From: an uncultured Bacteroidales bacterium
Lineage (GTDB): Bacteria > Bacteroidota > Bacteroidia > Bacteroidales > CAIWKO01
Reading direction: 5' to 3'
Assembly (NCBI GenBank): GCA_964567775.1
Contig: CAZMPB010000002.1
Span: 1,376 to 54,336, forward strand
Length of the DNA: 52,961 nucleotides
Positions 1-9,696 of this stretch are shown piece after piece. The notes under the pieces were generated by a model, which saw only the letters and a program-made list of their open reading frames with translations, ran no database searches and was not told the DNA's origin. The stretch's first letter is position 1. Each line of letters starts with the position of its first letter. The translations under genes and the position numbers were made by a program.

Positions 1-690
1 GCTGAAATTTGCCAGGGTAACAACAGGCAAGGCATTTACCGTTATGGTTTTTGTTGCGGTATTGGTACAAACATTCCCATCAGTATATGAGTAGGTGATA
101 GTATGTGCGCCCACACCGGCTGTAGCAGGGTTAAAGATGCCACCCGTAACACCGGGCCCGCTATAGGTGCCACCTGATGGCAACCCTCCCGTTAAGGCAA
201 ACGGAGCTGCACTGATGCAAACACTGCTGAAATTTGCCAGGGTAACAACAGGCAAGGCATTTACCGTTATGGTTTTTGTTACGGTATTGGTACAAACATT
301 CCCATCAGTATATGAATAGGTGATAGTATGTGTGCCCACACCGGCTGTAGCAGGGTTAAAGATGCCACCTGAAACACCAGTGCCGGTGTAAGCGCCACCG
401 GCAGGAATTCCTCCTGTCAATGTAAACGGAGCCGAAATAATACAAACGCTGCTGAAGTCAGCTAAAGTTACTAATGGTATTTGATTTACATGCACAATTA
501 CAGTATCCCTGACACTCTCGCAAATTCCATTGTTATTTGCCACATAAAATGTATCTGTAACAGTAAGGTATGGCGTGGTGTAACTTTGTGTATTACCAAT
601 TACATTTCCACCCGTGGGTGTGTTGTACCAATTATAATTTAAGCCACCGCTTGCAGTTATTGTTCCTGTGCCGCTGCCACAAATAGCAAT
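1..690. repeat. Tandem ~225-bp coding repeats (75-aa Ig-like units) inside the LamG gene
   Basis: Units start at nt 1 and 226, both with 'gctgaaatttgccagggtaacaacaggcaaggcatttaccgttatggtttttgtt'. These two units are near-identical. A diverged third unit starts at 451 with 'gctgaagtcagctaaagttac'. Confidence 0.8.
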
Positions 691-2721
691 GTCATTAGCG
701 GTTGGCTTAGAAGCGTTACATGAAACATTAAAAAGCGCTGCAATTTCACAGGGATTCAAAACTCTTGTATAAATTCTGATATCATCCATACTTCCTTTAA
801 TGTACCAAACGCTTGCAGATCCATTACGGCCAATGTACATAGGGCTTGTGGAAGTTCTGATTATTGAAGTGGGATCAGTTTCAATAAATGTTGTATCTAA
901 AACTCCATTTATATACGTTTTTGCAATTTTTGATGAATTATTATAAGTAAAACAATAAAGAACCCAATCATTATTGTTTTGAAGAATATAACTGCTCTCA
1001 TATTGAGACCAAACACCACCAGTACCCTTGTAAAATCCGCTTGACAACCTAAAATCCGTATGAGCATAAGATTGAAACGCATGTTCTTTTGAAATATAAT
1101 TTTCAAGTGTGCTACATGCCTGACCGTTTCTGTTTAACCAATAACAAATAGATATTGCTGTGTCCGGGAATGAGGATGAATTATTTACAAGAATATAATC
1201 ATCTATACCATCAAAACTATATGCGGAGTTTGCATTTCCAAACCTGTCCGTTGTCAGTGTTGCACCATACACGGTGCCATTATTATTGTTACCACTCGAA
1301 TCATTTGCATTACCGATGAAAGGATAATAACAAGCTAAACCATTTGGAAGGTTTGTCGAACATATATCTTCATCGTATAATAAAAATATTTCACAAGGGT
1401 TTAATGCCCTGTTATAAATTCGCAAGTCATCAAGTTTCCCTTTAATATAAGCTCCGGCACCTGAACTGTTTTTACCTATGTTTAATGCATATGTTGAATA
1501 CTTGACAATTGCATTTGGGTCAGTTTCGTGAAAAACAGTGTCTAAAACACCATTTATATATGTGCTGGCCATCATTGTTGCATTGTCGAATGTGAATGTA
1601 TAAAACACCCAATCATTATTATTTAAAAAGGTATAATGGCTGAAATATGCGGACCAGTTGCATGATGGATTACATGTTTTTAATAAGCCAGACTGAATTT
1701 TAGAATCAGGATACAGATATGTTTGGAAAGAATGTTCTTTAGAAAGATAATTCTCATGAACCGATGGAACCAAACTCATTCTGTCAACCCAAAAACTAAT
1801 AGTAATAGCATTTTGAGGAAAATTATTTGAATTATTGACAACTATATAATCATTATTGCCATCGAAAAAATAGGCAGAATTGGCATTCCCGAATCTGTCC
1901 GTTGTAAGTGTTGCGCCGTTAACGTTGCCGTTATTTCCGTTTCCACTAACATCATTTGCATTACCTGTAAAGGGATAATATGCAGAAAGCCCAAAGGAAA
2001 TATCGGGCATAGTCGTGTTTTCATAAAACAACTGTGTGATTTCGCATGGATCAAGAACCCTGTTGTATATACGAATATCGTCCATACTTCCTTTAATGTA
2101 CCAAACGCTTGCAGATCCATTACGGCCAATGTACATAGGGCTTGTGGAAGTTCTGATTATTGAAGTGGGATCAGTTTCAATAAATGTTGTATCTAAAACT
2201 CCATTTATATACGTTTTTGCAATTTTTGATGAATTATTATATGTAAAACAATAAAGAACCCAATCATTGTTATTTTGAAGAATATAACTGCTCCTATATT
2301 GAGACCAATTTCCAGCGATTCCCTTATAAAAGCCACTTTCCAATCTTGAATCTGAATAAGCATAAGATTGAAACGCATGTTCTTTTGAAATATAATTTTC
2401 AACTGTGCTACATGCCTCACCATTTCTGTTTAACCAAAAACAAATAGTAATAGCAGTATCAGGAAAAGAAGCAGAGTTGTTTACAAGAATATAATCATTA
2501 ACGCCATCAAAATTATATGCAGAATTTAAATTTCCGAACCTGTCCGTTGTCAATGTTGCCCCATTCACTGTTCCGTTATTATTGTTACCGCTCAAATCAT
2601 TTGCATTACCACTAAACGGATAATATGCGACTAATCCTAAGGTTGGCAACTGGGCATTTGTTAAATCTGTCAATCCTAAAAACGCAAGTAGCGAAATAAA
2701 ACATAATAATAATTTTTTCAT
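1..2721 (-). CDS. Secreted LamG (Laminin_G_3 / concanavalin-A-like lectin) repeat protein with C-terminal Ig-like repeats; the 3' end lies beyond the window
   Basis: Absent from the supplied ORF track because there is no stop inside the window. My own translation from ATG 2721-2719 gives the signal peptide MKKLLLCFISLLAFLGLTDLTNAQ. Three modules of the form 'YYPF.GNAND.SGN.NNG.V.GATLTTDRFGN.NSAY.FDG..DYI.V...W' follow, then 75-aa repeats 'GG.Y.G.GV.GGIFNPATAGVG.HTITYSYTDGNVCTNT'. The frame (2721 = 907x3) stays open to nt 1. No ORF is listed in this frame, which is consistent with one uninterrupted reading frame. Confidence 0.8.
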   Translation of the reverse strand, partial: MKKLLLCFISLLAFLGLTDLTNAQLPTLGLVAYYPFSGNANDLSGNNNNGTVNGATLTTDRFGNLNSAYNFDGVNDYILVNNSASFPDTAITICFWLNRNGEACSTVENYISKEHAFQSYAYSDSRLESGFYKGIAGNWSQYRSSYILQNNNDWVLYCFTYNNSSKIAKTYINGVLDTTFIETDPTSIIRTSTSPMYIGRNGSASVWYIKGSMDDIRIYNRVLDPCEITQLFYENTTMPDISFGLSAYYPFTGNANDVSGNGNNGNVNGATLTTDRFGNANSAYFFDGNNDYIVVNNSNNFPQNAITISFWVDRMSLVPSVHENYLSKEHSFQTYLYPDSKIQSGLLKTCNPSCNWSAYFSHYTFLNNNDWVFYTFTFDNATMMASTYINGVLDTVFHETDPNAIVKYSTYALNIGKNSSGAGAYIKGKLDDLRIYNRALNPCEIFLLYDEDICSTNLPNGLACYYPFIGNANDSSGNNNNGTVYGATLTTDRFGNANSAYSFDGIDDYILVNNSSSFPDTAISICYWLNRNGQACSTLENYISKEHAFQSYAHTDFRLSSGFYKGTGGVWSQYESSYILQNNNDWVLYCFTYNNSSKIAKTYINGVLDTTFIETDPTSIIRTSTSPMYIGRNGSASVWYIKGSMDDIRIYTRVLNPCEIAALFNVSCNASKPTANDIAICGSGTGTITASGGLNYNWYNTPTGGNVIGNTQSYTTPYLTVTDTFYVANNNGICESVRDTVIVHVNQIPLVTLADFSSVCIISAPFTLTGGIPAGGAYTGTGVSGGIFNPATAGVGTHTITYSYTDGNVCTNTVTKTITVNALPVVTLANFSSVCISAAPFALTGGLPSGGTYSGPGVTGGIFNPATAGVGAHTITYSYTDGNVCTNTATKTITVNALPVVTLANFS
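785..945. repeat. Intragenic long-range repeat, copy A (LamG module 3)
   Basis: By my reading, nt 785-945 are letter-for-letter identical to 2081-2241 (offset 1296 bp = 432 codons). Similarity continues with scattered mismatches to about 1330. Confidence 0.75.
2081..2241. repeat. Intragenic long-range repeat, copy B (LamG module 1)
   Basis: Partner of 785-945. The intervening LamG module (about 1400-2050) is much more diverged. Confidence 0.75.
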
Positions 2722-2756
2722 TTTTTGTCCTCCATTTTAAAATGTTATTTTATGCT

Positions 2757-2764
2757 CAAAAATA
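2757..2764 (-). promoter_or_regulatory. Candidate Bacteroidota -7 box (TAnnTTTG) for the LamG gene
   Basis: The minus strand reads TATTTTTG about 36 nt upstream of ATG 2721. A GGAGG lies at 2729-2733, 7 nt before the ATG. Confidence 0.35.
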
Positions 2765-2793
2765 ATTTAAACATTTATTACATCATTTATGAG

Positions 2794-2844
2794 ATAACAA
2801 ACAGGTTTGAAAAAGGCATGAACAGTATTCAATAAATAACAAAC
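2794..2844 (-). promoter_or_regulatory. Pair of perfect 9-bp direct repeats (GTTTGTTAT on the minus strand), a candidate response-regulator site
   Basis: 'ataacaaac' occurs at 2794-2802 and 2836-2844, with 42 bp between starts. The pair lies between the LytTR regulator stop and the LamG promoter box. Confidence 0.3.
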
Positions 2845-2866
2845 CTTTATCGGGCAGAAACAAAAA

Positions 2867-3613
2867 TTATTTTTTCAGGAACCTTTGAATGAAATTTTTA
2901 CGAAATGTATCACCCAAAGGGGCTGATAAGCCAGACGACAGATTGATGGATTGATCAACGCTTATGTACTCTTTTATGTGTGCAAAATTCACATAATACG
3001 ATTTGTGAACTTGAATGAAATTGTTGCTATCGAGAAGATAATCAAAAAAACCAAGGTTTTTAGAACTTGTTACCATGCCATTATCAATAAGAAAAAAATG
3101 GGTGCAAGGGCCGTCGGCTTGAATTTTTACTATACTTTTTAACTGCAATATTTTAAAACCCTTTGAATCTGTTATTACAATAGTGTCAACCTCTTTTTCC
3201 TGGTGATTGATAATATCCATAAGAATTGCAAGGTTATTAGTTTCCGATTTTAATTTTATTTCATCATTTACTTTTTCAACGGCGATTATCAGTTCGCCAA
3301 TATTCACCGGTTTAAGGAGGTAGTCGCTGGCACTGTATTTAAAAGCCCGGACTGCATATTTCTCAAAAGCAGTAATAAAAATTATCCTGAAATCGATCAC
3401 CCCGATTTTATTAAGGAGGTCGAAGCCGGTTCCGTCTTTCATTTCAACATCAAGAAAAACAAGGTCGGGACGCGATTTTGCTATTAATTCCGTGCCTTCT
3501 TCCACACCAGAGGCTGTTGATTCTACAGTTACATTTTTACAGTATTTTGACAGGTATTTTATGAGAACATCCCTGTTAGATTGCTCATCATCGACTATTA
3601 TTGCGCGTATCAT
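2867..3613 (-). CDS. LytTR-family two-component response regulator (CheY receiver + LytTR DNA-binding domain)
   Basis: The receiver begins 'MIRAIIVDDE...DLVFLDVEM.DG'. The C-terminus has a LytTR-type 'IQVHKSYYVNFAHIKEY'. The gene abuts the upstream kinase gene. Confidence 0.9.
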   Translation of the reverse strand: MIRAIIVDDEQSNRDVLIKYLSKYCKNVTVESTASGVEEGTELIAKSRPDLVFLDVEMKDGTGFDLLNKIGVIDFRIIFITAFEKYAVRAFKYSASDYLLKPVNIGELIIAVEKVNDEIKLKSETNNLAILMDIINHQEKEVDTIVITDSKGFKILQLKSIVKIQADGPCTHFFLIDNGMVTSSKNLGFFDYLLDSNNFIQVHKSYYVNFAHIKEYISVDQSINLSSGLSAPLGDTFRKNFIQRFLKK

Positions 3614-3614
3614 A

Positions 3615-6599
3615 TTAGTATGCTATTGTTTTAATTGGTATTTCAATTTTCACTATTGTGCCTGTTACCCCAGATGGGATGCAAATATCGTTTATTTCAA
3701 TTTTAAAATCAGCTTTATTCACTGCATTAAATAAAGATAATCTTTCCAGCACCAAAAATTCGCCTTTTGATTTTCTTTGTTTCTGAAAATCCGTTTTATT
3801 TCTGATGGAATTGTTTTTACCGATACCATTATCAGAGATAGTACATATTATTTTTTTACTACCACCGTGTTTGAATTCAATTTTTATTAATCCTTTTTTA
3901 TTGTAATTATTTGGAAATGCGTGTTTGATACAGTTTTCAACAAAAGGTTGAATCAATGACGGGATTATTTCATTTTCAGACAAATTAAGGTCATCATAAA
4001 CTATTATACTGTAATCAAACCTGTCTGAATTATTGGTATGTTCTAATTTCAGATATTTCTGAATTGTTTCCACTTCATCCTTCAAGGGGATATACTCCAT
4101 ATTTGAGTTGTTCAGTGATAAGCGCATTAATCTTGACAAATCCGATAAATAATTATTTATTTTTACTTCATCATTGGTCGCAACAAGATTATTTACTGAG
4201 TTCAGACAATTATCAATAAAATGTGGGTTTAATTGTCGCTGTAATAACTCCAGTTTAAGTTGTACTGTTTCCTGTTTCTCTCGTGCATGTGTCTTTATCC
4301 GGCTGATTTGCGACTTAAAGATTAATAATATCAGGATAATAATTATTACAACAATTACCACATAAAACCACCATGTTTGCCAAAAAGCAGGCATAATTTT
4401 AAAAGTTAACCGAACGGGATCTTTTGTCCAATATCCATCAGAGTTGCAGGCTACCACTTCAAGAGCATAATTGCCCGGATCCAGATTCGTAAAAGTTGCT
4501 ATTTTACTGCTGGTAACATCGCTCCATTTCTCATCATAACCCAGGAGTCGAATTTTATAGTTGACTTTTTCAGGACAGCTAAATGAAATGCCATGATACT
4601 CAAACCGAATATTATTTTGATCGTAATTTAGACAAATCATTGTATCCGCAAAGTTATATTCATTTAATAACTGATACCATTTTAAATCATTGCCTGCTAC
4701 CTGAAAAGAGTAAATATAAGTTTCAGGGCTTTTCTTATTGTCCTTAATAAGATCGGGCATAAATTTCACCACTCTGTCGGATGTTGGAATCCAAATATTG
4801 CCTTTAGAATCAATGCAGGATCCATTTTGCCCGCATTCTTTTCCACAAAAACCATTATATCGATCATAAAACCTGAAACATCCAGCAGAACCGGAATAGA
4901 ATTTTAAAAGGTCAATAAAATAAAATCCTTTTATTGTTCCAGCGGTTAAATATTTTTTCTTATATAAACTGGTGAAAAAAAACGGCTCGTCAAAAATTTT
5001 ATACATGGTGTCATACTTATATAAATATAAGCCGTCTTCTTTACCTAACCACATATTACCATAATTATCCCTCTTACAAGAATTGATTCCTTCACCGGGG
5101 ACAATTTCTTTATCTCCGAATTTAATAAACTTTTTTCCATCAAAAAGTAAAACCTTTATTCTGCTGCAAATCCATAATCTGTTATACTTGTCATTTTCAA
5201 TAGTAACAATTGTTTTCTCTTCAGTACCAAAATGTTCAACTTCTCCTGTAGAATAATGATAAATATAAAGTCCTTTTGTTGATCCAAACATTAGTAAATT
5301 CCGTAAAGTATCTTCATATATACAGAAAAAAATCGATCCCCATTCAATATCATTTTTTTTAAAAAATCTATGCAAATTTGGCAAACAGGATATCACATTT
5401 GAGTTATCAGTTGGTAAAAGCAGATTCCCCTTTGAATCACACATACCTCCCATATATAATTTGTTATTTTCGGGTAAGACTTTTTCAATTCCCGCGACTT
5501 TTTCTATTTGCTCATTTTTTATTTTTGTAATTCCGCCATTAAACGAAGCAAACCAAATAGCGCCATCAGGTGTTTCAGCAATTGACCAAATATATTTCTC
5601 AAGGCCTGTATCTTCAGTGTAATTTCTAAAGGCAAATGATTGTAATCTGAAAAGCCCCTGCTCTGTGCCAATCCAGACATTCCCTTCACGATCCTGATAT
5701 ACAGCCGAAATACAGACAAAATCATTGTATTCATCACTTATTATTATACGTCCAAGAGAATCGACAATGCACCATTTATTGTCAGTACAGGCAAAAAGAA
5801 TTTTATTCTCATCAAAGCAACAGAATTCATCATGAAAAAATAAATTACTGCCATGCCATTGTATCAGTAAACTATCGTTTTTTATTTTATAAATCGTTGT
5901 TCCATTAGGTTTATTGTTTATCAATCCACAACTAATAAAATAGCCATTGTTTCCAATATGCTTTATCTGGTTAGCTTGAAGATTGCATAATTTGTTTTTC
6001 AAAAATCCGTCTTTAAATTTATAAATGCCGTTTTCAGTTAAAATGTATTCTTTCTTGGTTGCTTTATTTTGATAATATCCGGTCAATTTTAAATCATTTC
6101 TATCCGTATAAAGTACTCTCCACCCCTTATTGTTACAGATAAAAATATTCTTTGAACTAATCAAATAAAAACAGGATTTATTAGAATAATCTATAGGTCC
6201 GTAAAAGCGATTAATAAAAGAATCATCAAATAATTTAACAGGAAAAAAATTCCCATTCTTAAATACAGAATAACCGTAATTTGTGAAGCAAAAAAGATTA
6301 TTCTCAGAGTCTTCGCCAAATCCAATTACCATGCCTTTGGTAAGACCGCCATTAATTGTGTAATTTTTAAAAGTGATACCATCAAAGCGGCTTACCCCTC
6401 CCTTTGTGCCAATCCATAAAAAACCTAAACGATCTTGATACAAAGAAGATACTTGATTTTGAACAAGGCCATCAAAAATAGTGTAGTGTTTATAGCTATA
6501 ACTTTGAGCCGAGTTATATGAAACAAAACTTACAAAAAGAAATACTGTGAGAATAGTTTTTTTCTTTTGAAACAATCTGAATAAAATACAACCTTTCAT
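3615..6599 (-). CDS. Sensor histidine kinase with a periplasmic beta-propeller repeat region, a Y_Y_Y domain, one TM helix, and a LytS/YehU-type His_kinase plus HATPase
   Basis: Propeller repeats ('WIGT..GL'), Y_Y_Y ('YKIRLLGYDEKWSD...'), TM helix 'WWFYVVIVVIIIILILLIF', and 'LNPHFIDNCLNSV'. The track ORF extends to 6674. However, a TATATTTG box (6615-6622, minus) lies inside that extension, and MKGCILF... at 6599 starts a signal peptide, so I prefer the start at 6599. Confidence 0.85.
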   Translation of the reverse strand: MKGCILFRLFQKKKTILTVFLFVSFVSYNSAQSYSYKHYTIFDGLVQNQVSSLYQDRLGFLWIGTKGGVSRFDGITFKNYTINGGLTKGMVIGFGEDSENNLFCFTNYGYSVFKNGNFFPVKLFDDSFINRFYGPIDYSNKSCFYLISSKNIFICNNKGWRVLYTDRNDLKLTGYYQNKATKKEYILTENGIYKFKDGFLKNKLCNLQANQIKHIGNNGYFISCGLINNKPNGTTIYKIKNDSLLIQWHGSNLFFHDEFCCFDENKILFACTDNKWCIVDSLGRIIISDEYNDFVCISAVYQDREGNVWIGTEQGLFRLQSFAFRNYTEDTGLEKYIWSIAETPDGAIWFASFNGGITKIKNEQIEKVAGIEKVLPENNKLYMGGMCDSKGNLLLPTDNSNVISCLPNLHRFFKKNDIEWGSIFFCIYEDTLRNLLMFGSTKGLYIYHYSTGEVEHFGTEEKTIVTIENDKYNRLWICSRIKVLLFDGKKFIKFGDKEIVPGEGINSCKRDNYGNMWLGKEDGLYLYKYDTMYKIFDEPFFFTSLYKKKYLTAGTIKGFYFIDLLKFYSGSAGCFRFYDRYNGFCGKECGQNGSCIDSKGNIWIPTSDRVVKFMPDLIKDNKKSPETYIYSFQVAGNDLKWYQLLNEYNFADTMICLNYDQNNIRFEYHGISFSCPEKVNYKIRLLGYDEKWSDVTSSKIATFTNLDPGNYALEVVACNSDGYWTKDPVRLTFKIMPAFWQTWWFYVVIVVIIIILILLIFKSQISRIKTHAREKQETVQLKLELLQRQLNPHFIDNCLNSVNNLVATNDEVKINNYLSDLSRLMRLSLNNSNMEYIPLKDEVETIQKYLKLEHTNNSDRFDYSIIVYDDLNLSENEIIPSLIQPFVENCIKHAFPNNYNKKGLIKIEFKHGGSKKIICTISDNGIGKNNSIRNKTDFQKQRKSKGEFLVLERLSLFNAVNKADFKIEINDICIPSGVTGTIVKIEIPIKTIAY

Positions 6600-6761
6600 G
6601 CTCACATAAAAAAACAAATATAGTTTATTATATTTTTGTAATGCCAAAAATAATATGAGGATGGTGGTTTTCATTGTTTATTGTTCCGATAAAGAATTCT
6701 ATTTTTCAACCCCATTATACCATATTATTAATTTTACTAATTTAGCACCCAAATAAATTGT

Positions 6762-7643
6762 ATGGCTCAAAAGGAAGAAAGGTTCACACGGCGAAGGCTT
6801 AACAGTTCGAGGATCACCACGATTGTCAGCATCTCGCTGGTGTTATTTGCCATTGGGCTGGCCGGGCTGCTGGTGCTGCATACCAAAAAACTTTCGGAGT
6901 ATGTAAAAGAAAACATCGGCATGACCGTTTATATGAACAAAAACGTGAAAGAAGCCGAGATGCTTCAATTGCAGAAAGAACTGGATGCCATGGAATACGT
7001 GCGTTCTACCGAATACATCAGCGAAGAAAAAGCCGCCGAAACCTTCCAGAAAGAACTGGGTGATGATTTCGTGAGTTTCATCGGATACAATCCATTACAC
7101 ACCTCCATAGAAGTCCATCTGAAAGCCGCTTATGCCGATGACTTTTATTTCACCCAGATAGAAACAATGCTAAAAAAGAATCCCATCGTCAAAGAAATTT
7201 CCTATCAAAAATCCCTGGTACAATCTATAAATGATAATGTGAAAAAGATCTCTGCCGTGTTATTGGTTTTTAGCTTACTGCTGCTGCTGATCGCAATTAC
7301 ATTAATTAATAATACGATCAGGCTGGCCGTGTATTCCAAGCGTTTTTTGATAAAGACCATGCAGCTTGTTGGTGCAACGGAAGGATTTATCCGGAGACCA
7401 TTTCTGAGTGTAAGCATTATTCACGGGCTGATATCTTCCTTCATCGCTATCGGCCTGCTGATCGTGGTTATTTACATCGCACGAAGAGAAATACCGGAAA
7501 TTATCAGCCTGCAAAGCCTCGATCTTTTTCTGGTGTTGTTTGCTTTTGTTATCCTGATAGGCTTTTTCATTTCGCTGATCTCGACATTTGTAGCCGTCAG
7601 AAAATATCTGAAATTAAACATTGACCATCTGTATCTGCAATAA
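6762..7643 (+). CDS. ftsX: Cell division ABC-type permease-like protein FtsX
   Basis: 293 aa with an N-terminal TM helix, a periplasmic loop, and three C-terminal TM helices. It occupies the conserved Bacteroidota ftsX-DUF3098-uppP-truB neighbourhood. Confidence 0.85.
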   Translation: MAQKEERFTRRRLNSSRITTIVSISLVLFAIGLAGLLVLHTKKLSEYVKENIGMTVYMNKNVKEAEMLQLQKELDAMEYVRSTEYISEEKAAETFQKELGDDFVSFIGYNPLHTSIEVHLKAAYADDFYFTQIETMLKKNPIVKEISYQKSLVQSINDNVKKISAVLLVFSLLLLLIAITLINNTIRLAVYSKRFLIKTMQLVGATEGFIRRPFLSVSIIHGLISSFIAIGLLIVVIYIARREIPEIISLQSLDLFLVLFAFVILIGFFISLISTFVAVRKYLKLNIDHLYLQ

Positions 7644-7702
7644 AATTCATAAGAAAAATATCAGATCCTTAAATAGTATATTACATTTTAATCACAAATA
7701 AA

Positions 7703-8068
7703 ATGGCACAAAAAAGAAAACCAAACATAGCAAGGAAGCCCGAAGCGGTGGAAACGACAAAAACAGAACCGGTGATTATTCCCAAAGTAGAAACTGTAAA
7801 AGCATCTGTTAAATTTAAGCAGGCCGAAAATAAAAACAAAGGATTCCTGTTTGACAAAAAAAATTATTTGCTGATGCTCTTAGGGATTGTATTAATTGCT
7901 GTTGGCCTGGTTGTTATGTCCGGCGGTGGTTCCACAGACCCCAAGGTATTCAATCCGGATATTTTTAACACACAAAGGCTGACCATAGCTCCCCTTTTGA
8001 TCTTGTTGGGTTTTGTTGTTGAAGTTTTCGCCATCATGATCAAACCTAAAGAAAAAGCGGGTGCATGA
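7703..8068 (+). CDS. DUF3098-family small membrane protein
   Basis: 121 aa with a basic N-terminus and two TM helices. It sits at the canonical position between ftsX and uppP and has a 4-nt ATGA overlap with uppP. Confidence 0.7.
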   Translation: MAQKRKPNIARKPEAVETTKTEPVIIPKVETVKASVKFKQAENKNKGFLFDKKNYLLMLLGIVLIAVGLVVMSGGGSTDPKVFNPDIFNTQRLTIAPLLILLGFVVEVFAIMIKPKEKAGA

Positions 8069-8868
8069 CCTATCTTGAAGCCATCATCATTGCTATCGTA
8101 GAAGGTATTACTGAGTTTTTGCCCATCTCTTCTACCGGGCACATGATTATCACCGAAAAACTCCTTGGAGTTGAGAGTTCCGAATTCACAAAGGCTTTTA
8201 TCATCAACATACAGTTTGGCGCGATACTGTCGGTATTGATTTTATATTGGAAACGTTTTTTCCAGAGCCTGAAATTTTATTACAAACTCTTTATTGCCTT
8301 CATACCCGCCGCGGTGATCGGTTTTATTTTCGGCGATTTTATCGATTCGCTTCTCGAAAATGTTTTAGTAGTTGCCATTTCGCTTTTTTTGGGTGGTATT
8401 GTTTTATTATTTGTAGATAAATGGTTCAACAAACCTAAGGAAGATCAAAATATTACCTATCCGACCGCAATTAAGATCGGTTTGTTTCAGTGTATTGCCA
8501 TGATTCCGGGTATTTCGCGATCGGCTGCCACCATCATCGGGGGTATGTCGCAAAAGCTTACACGCAAAAACGCCGCCGAATTTTCCTTTTTTCTCGCCGT
8601 ACCAACCATGCTCGCCGCTACAGGTTATAAGCTGCTTTCGAATTACAAGGATCTCTTTTTTAATGCCGACCAAAGTGTCAACACACAAAACATCTCCCTT
8701 TTATTGCTTGGAAACCTTGTAGCGTTTCTGGTAGCTATGGCTGCCATAAAATTCTTAATTACTTTTCTGACAAAACACGGATTTAAATTATTTGGATATT
8801 ACAGAATTGTACTGGGATTGCTGCTTATCATATTACTGATTGCCGGCATCGACCTGAAAATAGCATGA
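8065..8868 (+). CDS. uppP: Undecaprenyl-diphosphate phosphatase (BacA/UppP)
   Basis: '[15 protein letters not shown]', '[10 protein letters not shown]', and a polytopic 267-aa sequence. Confidence 0.9.
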   Translation: MTYLEAIIIAIVEGITEFLPISSTGHMIITEKLLGVESSEFTKAFIINIQFGAILSVLILYWKRFFQSLKFYYKLFIAFIPAAVIGFIFGDFIDSLLENVLVVAISLFLGGIVLLFVDKWFNKPKEDQNITYPTAIKIGLFQCIAMIPGISRSAATIIGGMSQKLTRKNAAEFSFFLAVPTMLAATGYKLLSNYKDLFFNADQSVNTQNISLLLLGNLVAFLVAMAAIKFLITFLTKHGFKLFGYYRIVLGLLLIILLIAGIDLKIA

Positions 8869-9608
8869 GCACGTTTTTTAACTTCCCTGAAGGAGAAATC
8901 CTCTTTATTGACAAGCCATACAAATGGACTTCTTTTGATGTGGTTGGCAAAATAAGATTCGTATTAAAACATATTCTTGGTATAAAAAAAATCAAGGTTG
9001 GACATAGCGGAACCCTGGATCCGCTTGCAACAGGCCTTCTTATAATATGCACCGGAAAAGCAACAAAAAGAATTGAGGAGTTCCTGAACCTCGACAAAGT
9101 CTATTCGGGCAGTATGATACTTGGCGCCACCACACCTTCTTATGATTTAGAAACAGAGATCAACCAGACATTTGACATTTCCGACATCACAGAAGATGAC
9201 GTTTTACAAAACGCAAAAAAATTTATCGGGCTTCAGGAACAGGTTCCGCCCATCTATTCCGCAATAAGGGTGAATGGTAAAAGGGCTTATGATATGGCCC
9301 GAAACAAAGAGAAATGTGTTTTGGCGCCAAAAAAAATCAACATTAAGAGTTTTGAGATCACTAATATTCAATTGCCTTTAGTTGAATTCAGAGTTGATTG
9401 CAGTAAAGGTACCTATATCCGGTCTCTTGTCCGTGATTTCGGAGAATCGCTAGGGGCCGGGGCGCATATGACAACTTTGTGCCGTGAATCGATCGGCAAC
9501 ATATCACTTAAAGATTCCCTGACCATCGAACAGTTTGAGTTTCTGATATCGCAACAAAAACCTAATGGACAAGTCGTAGCACGACTTGAAAATAAAAATA
9601 GCGACTAA
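8865..9608 (+). CDS. truB: tRNA pseudouridine(55) synthase
   Basis: '[16 protein letters not shown]', '[18 protein letters not shown]', '[10 protein letters not shown]'. Confidence 0.9.
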   Translation: MSTFFNFPEGEILFIDKPYKWTSFDVVGKIRFVLKHILGIKKIKVGHSGTLDPLATGLLIICTGKATKRIEEFLNLDKVYSGSMILGATTPSYDLETEINQTFDISDITEDDVLQNAKKFIGLQEQVPPIYSAIRVNGKRAYDMARNKEKCVLAPKKINIKSFEITNIQLPLVEFRVDCSKGTYIRSLVRDFGESLGAGAHMTTLCRESIGNISLKDSLTIEQFEFLISQQKPNGQVVARLENKNSD

Positions 9609-9645
9609 ACTTTGATTTTTCAGTCGTACTATGACTTGTGGGTAT

Positions 9646-9675
9646 AAAAAAAGCCGCCTTCCGGCAGCTTTTTTA
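9646..9675. terminator. Bidirectional intrinsic terminator between truB and the DUF2795 gene
   Basis: The sequence is aaaaa-AAGCCGCC-ttcc-GGCAGCTT-tttt, a GC-rich stem flanked by an A-run and a T-run, lying between convergent genes. Confidence 0.55.
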
Positions 9676-9696
9676 TTGGGTTAAGTTCCATAAATA

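Noticed and set aside
909-2423. Track ORFs 909-1106(-), 1842-2129(-), 2036-2254(+) and 2205-2423(-).
   Set aside because: They lie out of frame or antisense inside the 907-codon LamG reading frame. Two of them (909-1106 and 2205-2423) are near-duplicates only because the underlying LamG modules are repeated.
1-2721. Near-identical LamG repeats considered as template and variable repeats of a diversity-generating retroelement.
   Set aside because: No reverse transcriptase or accessory gene lies in the window. The identical tract is a perfect copy rather than adenine-specific variation.
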